Origin: Microbotryum violaceum
Taxonomy: Eukaryota
Length of the DNA: 64,000 bases
Assembly: GCA_001244265.2 (NCBI GenBank)
Contig: CDLV01000004.1
Coordinates: 1,922,001-1,986,000 of the forward strand
Direction of reading: 5' to 3'
Part shown: one piece after another, positions 51,930 to 64,000 of the stretch
How positions within the stretch are numbered: position 1 is the stretch's first letter
Layout: every line of letters begins with the position of its first letter
The notes under the pieces: generated by a model
Seen by the model: only the letters and a program-made list of their open reading frames with translations
Told to the model about the DNA's origin: nothing
The model's database searches: none
Translations under genes and position numbers: made by a program

Positions 51930-52347
51930 TTTTTTATTTATTTATTTGATAGACTTCACTAACAGCACAATTATATTAATACCTAGAAATCTTCGGAAAA
52001 GTCGGAGGGAATGCTGTTACGCACACTGGCAGAAGCCAGTAGTGTAGGGCTCATTGACCCTGAACCAGGATCAACCATACCTACTAAAACCCCCTTTGGT
52101 GTCTTACAGAGACACTAGGCAACCCTTGGACTCCTGGATAGAGGCTCGAAGCCCCTCGAACTCCGTTTCGGTGATCGGTTCCAAAAGATCCGACGAGAAT
52201 CGACGACGGCGACAAAGCTTCCAGATCGAGTGAAAGAAGAGGACTCGTAGTTCGACAAGTCGACGTTCCGAGCGAGACACGACCGGGCATACAAAGTCCA
52301 CAAAGACTGGGTGGGGGTCGGGGACAGAGCAGACCAGAAGCGCCGGG
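51930..52347 (-). mobile_element. 5'-truncated non-LTR retrotransposon (L1/Tx1-like 3' end)
   Basis: A-rich tail (plus strand ttttttatttatttattt, 51930-51947). TSD ACTATC at 51924-51929 and 52348-52353. ORF end with HSIWKLCRRRRF, resembling the L1-clade IWxxRNxxxF motif. Confidence 0.7.
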
Positions 52348-52706
52348 ACTATCAACTATGCCTCAATAGTTGGGATAGTTAGTTAACTATTTGCGGTGGC
52401 GTAGTTAGTTAACTAACTAAGCTTAAGCGTAGTCTTGCATGCCGCAAGGTCGTCCGTCATGACCCATGGCATGGCATGACTTCCCTCCAATCCAGGGGAC
52501 AGAGAAAGCTCTCTTGAATCTCATGTGTAGCCATCAGCTCTTCTGCACCCACCTAGCTGAGCCTGCTGCTGTTACTGCTGCAGCGCTGCTTGACCCTGAG
52601 GCCTGAGGCCCGCACCCTCCCGCACCCAGCGCCCAGGCAACCGCCTCGAGTCCGGCCTGGATTTGCCTCTTTCCCTCCTGCCACTGTCTTCCCCTCGCCT
52701 CTCCTG

Positions 52707-55333
52707 ATGAACATGAACGGATCAACATCTGGCTCGACCGACGATTTGTTCAGCTTGGCCTTGAATTCCGATACGGCTTCTTCTTTTGGCGCTGCAACCG
52801 CTGGCGATGCACCTTCGTTACAACAACATATCGAGCGCGTGTCGGGGCTCGTGCCTGAGTCTTCCCAGCCCACTCGCGCCCTCCTTTTCTCGTTGCTCAA
52901 CCGCCCGCTCAGCCTCAACCTCAACCTCAAGCTTCACTCACTCCAGCTCAACAGCTCGAAATGATGAGCATGGTGGTAACGCTCCAGAAAATGAAAAACA
53001 ATTCGCTGCCATGGCTGCCAAAATCGAAGCTCGCCGAGCCGATCTACGCTCAATTGAACAACGCGCGATGGCTTTCGGCAAGACGGAAGCTAGGGTCGCG
53101 GCTGAGAAACGAGGTCCAGCAGCATATCTGGAGCTGATCAACTCTCACAACCTGGGTCTAGAGGAAACAGGTCAGTCTCGTCGATTCACGTTGGCCGTTT
53201 GCCGTCCCTTGTTCCGTGTCCCATTGCTGATCTCTCGGCTCTCGCTTTCGTAGACTAGATCCGGGACAATATGTCTTGGGCTTACGTTAACGACTGGTCA
53301 AATCCCTTCAAATCCGGCTCGACTCTTTCCACATCCTCAAGGGATCGAGCTCAACTCTTTTGCAGTCGTCGAGTCGCGCGTCGACCACCCGTCATTCAGC
53401 TCCCGCCGCGCCATTGCCCGACCTGGCTTTTAGCCGATCGACCTCGAGCGACGCAAGGAGGCCGCGATCATCTCCGGTACACGCGAATGATCGCAACGGG
53501 GGTGGGCTCTTGACACCAGCGGCACGGTCGGCACGTGGCAGGCTGAGTGGCGCTCAGCTAGGGCTCAAGAAATCGACTTCGCGCGCCTCCTCCGCCGCCG
53601 AAGCGATGCAACCGATGCCCACCAGCAAGGCGGAGAGCTGGAAGGGCAAGGGTGTGGCCCACGACCCCAGCACCCTCGTATTCAGCCCCACCTCGCACGC
53701 TGGCGTCGTCAAAGCTGCGAACGCCTTCGTCGTCCTTCCCATCCTGCTCAACAACCCGGGATACAACTACACGCACATTGGTAAAACCAAATCGACCGAA
53801 CTGCTCGAGGGCCAGCTAAAATTCGAGTTTGGCGTCGTTCGTCGCGCCTACCTTCAGTTCAACCTCGCCTTTACCCTGCCTCGGCTCCCTCTCCGCATCA
53901 TCGCAAGATGTCGATGACGCGATCAACGCGGAGGTTCGAAGAGTTGTTGGCGATCAACATCCGAAGTGCCTGCGGGAACGCCTCAGAGGTAAACGCCTAG
54001 GCGACATTGATGGCGAGTTCTCGGTTCAAGACTACGAGTAAGATCGTCCGCTGGTCTCTCGTGGCAAGGAAGCATGCTGACGTCTTTTCCGCACCACAGT
54101 TACTACTACCTTCCGAACACAAGACTCGCAGCTATTTGGGAGCCTTAACCTCTCGACGTGATCCCAAAAGATCATTATCCTAAACGTCCGACTGCACAAG
54201 AGCTCGCAACTCAGTTTGTTGGAAGCCCAGGCGGCTGTCTCGTACTCATGCCCGCACATCGGGACCGAAATTTTCTTTCAGACGCAAAGGTGCTCGAGTT
54301 CTGCACGATTCTTCACAAGGGCGAGTTGAAGGAACGTCTGTTCAAGAAACGCGTTGGGGTATCGATCGTCGAGCGCAACGGCATGTTCATTCGGGACATA
54401 AATCAAGGTGATCCGGAGGGTGCAGATATTTATGGTGTGCCTTCTTTTGCCAAAGAGGACCGTCCTGCTCGACTTCGGGGCATGTTCTTCTCCCGAGAAG
54501 TAATCTCTTACGTCGATTCGGCGGCGGACGACTGGCGCGATTTTGCCCGCATCCATGCAGTCACAGCAACCGACGACGACGAGGCCTACAATTCCTTCCC
54601 AGCGGACGACGGGGACGTCGGTGACTCGAATGCCTGGGACTCCAACCCAAACGACCGCTTCGAGGAAGATCGCAGGGCGAATAAGACGTTTTTGCTCAAG
54701 CAATGGAACCGCATGGTAGACGAGAAGATTGCTCAGCGCAAGGCGGAACAAGATAGCGACGGCGACGATGAGGATGATGACGCTACAGCAGCTTCGCTTG
54801 GGAAACGCGCCAAGGGTTTGCAAACTGAGAGCAAGAAGAAGAAGAGGAAGACTGGGGGAAAAGCGCAAATGTTGATCGGCGTCAGCGCCAGCGCCCGGGA
54901 TGACGACGACGACGACGACGACGACGCGAGCAAGGATGATTTATCTTCGTCTGGACTTTCGGATTCAAGTGCGGAGAAGCGTCGAGTTCAGAACATCCTC
55001 GCGGGGAACCAAAGGATACAGGAGATGATCCTAAGTCCCGGATCTGAGGGTGAAACGTTACCTCCGCCGCCGAACTTTGGTCCGAAGAGACAGCCAAGGC
55101 AGGTGATTGAGCAGCAGATGCAATCACTTGCCGACTCAAGGGAACATGCTACCGCTAGCTCTTCGACCGAACCTCCAAACGATCACACTCGCCTTGCTAC
55201 CCCGCCCTTGTCGAACGCGCCTTCGGAGATTTCTCCCCCGACGTTCGGAACGAACCTCTCGTCCCCCGCGGCCACAAGACTAACCATGCGTTGTCGTAGA
55301 CTAGCGAGTTTGGATTGCAAATATAGACAATAA
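52707..55333 (+). CDS. Multi-exon hypothetical gene of IS3EU-like copy B, complete counterpart of 1-2229
   Basis: ORFs 52590-52964, 52786-53253, 53360-53917 and 54158-55333 with GT-AG introns. Start and end are approximate. Confidence 0.5.
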
Positions 55334-55850
55334 ATTGTAACACGTACCAAATCTTGACTCATGACTCTTGTGCGAGACAGAGACGATCGGCGCATCGGCG
55401 ACACTGCGCGGCTGTTACTTTGTCACTCAGACGAGGTCCAGCTTGGACCATCAATTCCAGCCAATGAGCGATAGGGCACGATTAAAACCCTACCACATTG
55501 CAAGGTTCTCTTCCGACCATCGAACAGCCACTAAATACTTCTGCCGCGCCTCCTCAATCTCAAGAGTATCAGATTCAAAACCATGAACTCGAATCTCTAC
55601 GAATAGGCCTGTCTTGGCTTCTTCGTCCAGCCGTCCATCAGTTGGTCGCCGATCTTCGTTCCTAGGGCATGCTGACCGCCGTCTTGAAGGTGGGTGGGAA
55701 CAGGCACCAACGTAGCCATCTCGGGGCGTTGGGCACTCAAGGGGACCGAAGCAGACAAAGACTCGTCACCTCTCAGCCACTCGGCGACTCGGAGCTTCAG
55801 AGCTCCCGACTGCTCCTCCCGACTGCTCCGAGGGGCAACGTCCGAGTCGA

Positions 55851-55884
<34 letters not shown>

Positions 55885-55948
55885 CTCGCGCGGCGCGCAT
55901 TTCTTTTTTCTTTTTCTGCGGCGCTCGTGTTAGCAACGGCGCCTCATA
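53106..55948 (-). mobile_element. IS3EU-like element copy B with the transposase internally deleted; the far boundary lies further left (~51900-52500) and was not located
   Basis: Terminus at 55948 and ATG at 55719. MATLVPVPTHL is fused near 55687 directly to QDGGQHAL, the homolog of the acidic tail QDSDQHAL at ~2570. T30 run at 55855-55884. Confidence 0.8.
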
Positions 55949-56119
55949 CGCGGGAGGGTATTCCCTGCGATTGGGGCAGTTTTATCCCGTTTTGCCAATC
56001 ACGAGCGTCATAAAACCCAGCCGCGCATGTCGGGTTTTAAGACGCGCCGCCGTTTTCCTCGCCGCTGTCGTAAAACCCCCGCGAGGTCCGATCGAGGTTT
56101 TATGAGACCAGAGGGTCTT

Positions 56120-59100
56120 TTACCCAAGACGGCGATCATTTTCCCTCACAATTGTCATAAAACCATCGTGTCTACCAGTGTTGAGATTATGTACACCTTG
56201 GGGTGATTCAAACATCTTCATTATATTACATTGCCAAAAGACAACCACAATGATGTCACGAACTATCATCACCGTCGTCAAACACGGCTTGTGCGATGCC
56301 AATCGGTCGATCAAAGCAGAAGTACCAAACGTTGGCGGGCCCGACGTCCGCAATGCGCATCGGTCGTGAAACTAGAATCTAGCTTTTGGTGCAGTCGGCC
56401 AGCGACTGTCAGCACCTGTTGAACAGGCGCTGCCTCCAGTGGACCTTGTTTCTTGTAGTGGTAAATGTTGTGGAAGTGCTGGGCATTTTCCGGTCCGACC
56501 GCAACCAAGCCGTCCGCCTGCCGCACCACAACGACGGTGTGCTGATTCCCAAGGATTGTAAGTTTGGAGTTGGGCACGCTGGTCAGCCAAAGTCATGTTT
56601 CGGGCAAGACGGGGAAGTGTATTTACCTCTGTTTCTCCATGCACCGGGTGCGCTAGATTGAACCGATAAAACTCCAGTGCTTCTCCGTAAAATTTGTGCT
56701 CGACCCCAACGAATGGCCGACTGCGATTGCGACTGCGACGCGCATCTTCGTCCACGAAATGAGTATACTACCCGGGGCAAGCGGGGCACACAGCTCAGCA
56801 ATCGCAACAAGTTTCCTGATGATCCTGATGATCCACTAACCAATATCCACGAGCAATCGTGCCTGGTAGTGCGCACCATGAAAGCCTCTCGGCGAGATGG
56901 GCCCCGGGGCGACGGTTGGCTAGATCCGACGATCCGGCTTCCATTCAATATGTCAAGTCTCCAAAGCCGCTTGCAGTGATTTTTAGCGAGAGGTGATGTC
57001 ATGTTGCAGCGGGGCTCGAGAAACCGAAAGGGACCGTGTCGTAACTAACAACTCGGTCACTATTGAAATGTATCAAAGTAAAAGAGAGACATTAAAGTGT
57101 AAATAGGGAAGGTGGGCGGGAAGCTTAAAGGACCGAGAGATCGCTTTGCGAGGCGTAGCGATCGGGGATGATAAGTAACAGGGCAACTATGACAGAGGCA
57201 CGGCGTAGCATACCTTTGCGAGGCGTAGCACAGGCGTTCAACACAATTGAACGAGCGTCCGGGAAGACTCCGCGGGAGGTAGCCTATGGGATGCTATGCA
57301 TTAGTTTGGTGCGCCCAACTAGGGCAATCCAGGAAAGGGTGGAGATCGTACAGAGAGGTCGCGGAGAGCTACTGCAGGGCAAGTGAGCTATGAGTACGTC
57401 GTGCAACTAGCCGAGCATATTCTGAACACTTACCTCGAGCGCGTGGCAGGCGTGCGTGCGTCGAGGGTTTCTGGAGAGCAGCAGGCTGCTGTAAGGTCCT
57501 GATGAAGGAGACTGCTGAGTGAGCGACGGATCGCTTGGATGAGGATCCAATGTTGGAGGACCAACTGACCCTTGGCAGAGGGTGGCAGTGCTGGAGCAGC
57601 GAGCTGGTCCCAGAACGTGTCGACGGTGCGGAACCGAGGAGAGGGTAAGCGGCGCGGACGCGAGGCACTCGCAGAGGCTGAGGGCTCTGAGGAACTCACG
57701 GAGAGACCTAGGACGCTGAGCGCTCCGGAGAGGCTAGGAATACGCTGAGCGCTCCGGAGAGGCTAGGAAATACGCTGAGCGCTCCGGAGAGCTGAGCGCT
57801 CCGGAGAGCTGAGCGCTCCTGAGAGGCTAGGATTGGCTGACGCTGAGTCAGGACTAGAATGCACGGATGCGCGCTTGAACAATGAGCGTGGAACTCTTAC
57901 CGCTAAAGCTGAACAGACAGCAGTGTAGGCAATCGTCAACTCCTTTGGTAGCAGTTTTCTGGCCGCGGCGAGCTGTGACATGGGCCATCATATCAATGAG
58001 AATGTCACCATGAAAGCACCTGATGAGAAGCCCTTCAGACAAGATTTTGGTACATACCGTCCTTTCGTTGGACTCAAGGGCGTATGTACAATTGATGTAG
58101 GTGATCAGAAGCTTCTTGACATGCACACTCAGTTTCTCTTGCTGAATTGTTTTGGCGCCGATAAGCTCGCAGCCTTCCATCGCCTCAAGCTCAGCCTGCC
58201 CGTCACCAAGTGACTGTTCGACCTGGGGGCCAGGTTGCTCCAATTTGTTCCCAGAAGGTACTTTCCTCTTGAAGCGGAATAGAACACTGCCGGGTACCTC
58301 GCAGCAATTGACTTCATTGCGTTATCCACCATGATGCCTACCGCACGTCCATTTGTGAGAAAGATTGAATTCATCAGCCTCGGCCTGAGTTCGCATCTGC
58401 TCAACCAGCGGGAGAGGTCACTTACCACGCATGATAGCGGAGTAGGGTAATTTCCTGGTAGAAGTCAGTCTCTTGACGTGTTGATTGTATCGCTCGATCA
58501 CGAAGCACCAAGTCGAACATGATGGACCGTGCCACAAAATAAAATCCGCAATGTGCAGGACGGCATGAGAGGAATACGGAAATATCTTCAGATGAGCCGG
58601 CCGTCCGTTGTAGTAAAGCCTGTCATATAAGACCTTGAGCAGCTCAGAAAGGGCTCGACTGGCTCGGTGGCAAAGAAATCTGCTCCGCCTGCTCAGCTTT
58701 CAAATTCCAGGTACCACTCGTTGATCTCGCCCCGGAGCTTGCCTCCGGGCAGGACTTCGGCTTTCTGGATCTCCAGCGCCATGCACGCGCTGACCCAACT
58801 TGAGAGATGTTTGAAGTGCTCGAAGTAAATGGCCGGGAGACGAGCATAGAGAACGCTAGGGCCAACGAACAAGATCCAGTTCGACCAGTCCTCGGCGGTC
58901 ATCTGAGATTGGGTCCGAGCAATATTGCGCATGGCTCGAAGAAATTGGTACGGGGTCGTTGCGGAACAAGCCTTCATCTCGAGCCCGATTTCCTCCCAGA
59001 CTTTATCGCCAATGACCCAGGGATCAGGTTCCAAGCCCTGCGCGACTCGAGCAGCGGTATCTTCTTTTGAGGGGTGCCATAGGTTGACAAGTCGCTTGGC

Positions 59101-61371
59101 AATGTTCTCGAACGCTGCATGCATGAAGTCCAACGCTCCGTCTTTGTGAAACCCAAATCCAGGAATGAAAGCTATGCGGGCGAGGCCGTTCATTCCCATG
59201 TCCGGGTCCTTGAACAGTCGTGCGCGGCCCGTAGTGACTTCCCAGGCAATTTTGCGGATGGACTCTTCCGATCGCATCGGCAGATCATCGACCTGAAGAT
59301 CTGGTCGATCGGGATCGGGTGGTACTCCAGTGACGTTCTCCAGTGGGTAATAGTTCTTCCGGCCTTTGGGCCCTGTGATGCCCTTGATGGTGCAGACCCT
59401 GCACGGCCATTTCGTATTCGGTCCTTTGAATCCAAGCACCTTGGAGATTCCTGGACCGTCACCGCCCACAAATTGAATGTACCAACGTTGACGTACAGAG
59501 CTCTGAAAAGGGGAAAAAACAAACATACTGAGTCAGTCATTTCGCATTGCACTTTGCTTCTAGACCCGATCAAGTGAACTCACCTCAGCGTAACGATCGA
59601 ATACCACATGGCCCATCTCTGCGGAGCGCCGCGCGTCCGCATACAGAGGTTCCAGGGATGAGTCGATGTTCTTGGGCTGTCCTGGACCTGGGATGATCGC
59701 CACGGGAATCAAATGTTGTTTTTGGCAGCGCAAGGTCGGAGGCAGGTTGTACTTGACAAGGATGATCGGCCAGCAACTACTTGCGCCAGAATCGAATAAC
59801 TGAAGGCCATCGGTGAACAGCCCGAGCGCGACGTCGAGCTCGTTCTCGTAGTACTTGTACGAGAAGGTTTTCGTACGATCTGGAACACAGTCACCGGCGG
59901 CGGCGGCCTCCTCAGATGGAACGTTGTAGGACACATACTCGTTGAGGCGATCAAGATGTCGAGAGCCGTCGAACAGATCGGCCATCACCGATGGGTCTCT
60001 GTTGCCGCGTTGGCGATCATATTCCGCGCGGTATCGCATGTTCTTTGAGAGTTCTCTGTCTCGATGATGCACGCGAAGATAAGAATTGGGTGACAGGTAC
60101 GCGAAAGTTGTTTTGGCTCTGCGGTCCGTGTCGCTCACGTAGCGCGAAGAACCGCAGTGGGCGCACTCCTCGTCATACTGAGTAGGGCCATAGTACGCCA
60201 TGCACGATTTTTCGCAATAGTCAATGTGCAAGTACTCCAGGCCTAAATGATTCGGTGGCGAAGATCTGGCTCAGTCAAGGATTCTTGAACTTTGTAGACT
60301 ATGCATGGCACTTGCAGACTCGCCCCCCCACTCTAGGGCAGTTTTTCTAAGCTGCCTGAAGGGCGGTATATTGTGTCCGGCGCAATACAGGTCCGCCATC
60401 TTCCTTGTGATCCGCACCTCGATGAGCCAACTGAAATGATTTAACTCATCACTTTCGAATTCGAGCATCCTACACGCGTCTGGGAGGGGGGGCAACCAAT
60501 AGCAGAGAAGTCAGGTTGGGTCCGGCACTCATGGTTGCAATGAAGGCGACCATGACCTACCCTTTTGCGCATCTAAGGCCTCCAGAATCATGTCGTCACG
60601 CAGTTGATCAACCGGTGATAAAGCCGACCAATTACTGTGGAGCTCATTGTCCGAGGAGTCTTCGATGTCGTCATCACTGGAGGGCATCTCTTCAGCTGTC
60701 TGCGCCGGGCTTGTCGGCTCGGCTCGTCTTCGTCGGATGCGCACCAAAGGTCCCCTTGAAACTCTTGTTCCTCGAAATCCAGACGATCGGGTGAGCGGAG
60801 TTCGGTGTCCTCATCTTGGTCGCTGTCACTACTAAACTCCGTTCCTGAAGGGGATGAGGTGGGAGGGCTGTTGACTCGAGCGTGACGGGTGTGATAGAGG
60901 CCCCTCCGCCCCGGGACTTGCGGAAAAGGGCACAGGGGAGCTGTTCAAGTCGCCTGCCTCGGTCCAATCATACTCATCGGATCCATCTACCCGATGGCGA
61001 GGAGCGAAGCGCAAACCGCCATCAGACGCCAGGTAGGTACCGGGAAAGATGCCAACGCGTGCGTAGCCCTCAACTGTTTGCGAAGCTTGCCTCTTCAAAG
61101 CATATTGGCGCCTCGGTGTGGGCGAGTCGAAGTGTAGGTCATGCTTGTCAAAGGGCGAGCTTCCAGGACTCGGCAATGTTGTACGCTCGGATGAGAATCG
61201 TTCTTGCTTCGAGTGACGCCATATGGTCGAACTTGACACCGATTTGCCTTGTGGACCGCACAGTGGGCAATGGCAGAGAAGAAGATCGGTGACTGGCTCT
61301 CCTGCTGGAGGCGGCGGCGAAGGCGAGATCTCACAGGGGCTGTCGACGTCGGGAGAGAGCAATGATGCCAT
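56120..61371 (-). pseudogene. Tnp2/Transposase_21-family transposase, multi-exon, disrupted
   Basis: CHCPLC..WRH, HIDYCEKSCMAY..CAHCGSSRY, LFTDG..NLPPTLR..IIPGPGQPKNIDS.LEPL, GDGPG..PCRVC, LDFMH and HAVLHIAD..GP...WCFVIER. Confidence 0.88.
57714..57832. repeat. Tandem array of 'gctgagcgctccggaga', about 5 copies with variable spacers
   Basis: Directly visible in the sequence. Confidence 0.9.
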
Positions 61372-61525
61372 GCCGGCAAGTACTATCCGAGAGAAGTCGG
61401 ATATCGGAGTAGGGGGGGAAGTGGTAAGGGAGAACTAGGGTTAACGCGGATCTCGTCACATCCTGGGCGTCACAACGAGCCGTTCACTAGCCGCGCGGTT
61501 ATCCGAACCGTTGAGAGCGCGCCGG

Positions 61526-64000
<2,475 letters not shown>

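Larger units (their letters stand above)
55970..61525 (-). mobile_element. CACTA/EnSpm-type DNA transposon, 5' region interrupted by copia copy 2
   Basis: Tnp2-type transposase gene. Inverted taaaaccc/gggtttta subterminal repeats at 55970-56110. Exact termini not seen. Confidence 0.72.

Noticed and set aside
55855-55884. T30 run as a retroposon poly(A) tail
   Set aside because: It corresponds to the short A-run in the homologous leader near 50806-50813, so it is a homopolymer expansion. The C-run at 42252-42269 is likewise a simple repeat.
50729-55948. A single 5.2-kb element bounded by TATGAGGCGCC TIRs
   Set aside because: The flanks show no TSD and both ends are homologous left ends with their own start codons. 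Their inverted orientation is explained by the inversion.

Overview
Eukaryotic, intron-rich fungal DNA; the gene and transposon families and the TCG-biased mutation pattern suggest a basidiomycete, probably Pucciniomycotina (inference). Five host genes sit in a dense field of nested transposons. The host genes are urate oxidase with a PTS1 signal, a divergent SRF/Mcm1-type MADS-box factor, a Kelch-repeat type-I membrane protein, a UBA-UIM-pseudoUSP gene fused in frame to Tsr4/PDCD2L, and TFIIE-beta. The transposons are an IS3EU-like DDE element in two copies, two deleted Helitrons, a KDZ transposase relic, a MULE with SWIM and Ulp1 domains, two Ty1/copia copies, a CACTA/Tnp2 element, non-autonomous TIR elements and LINE fragments. 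Three observations stand out. (1) A catalytically dead USP is joined to the ribosomal-protein chaperone Tsr4 by an exact ubiquitin C-terminal mimic, LRLRGG, suggesting a DUB-processed polyprotein. (2) A nucleotide-precise 47.3 kb inversion (3887-51209) whose reversal restores both a transposase reading frame and a Helitron. (3) A mosaic mitochondrial insertion (nad4L exon plus group I intron pieces) lies inside the KDZ transposase. All exon boundaries were read by eye and family names come from motif recognition, not database searches.
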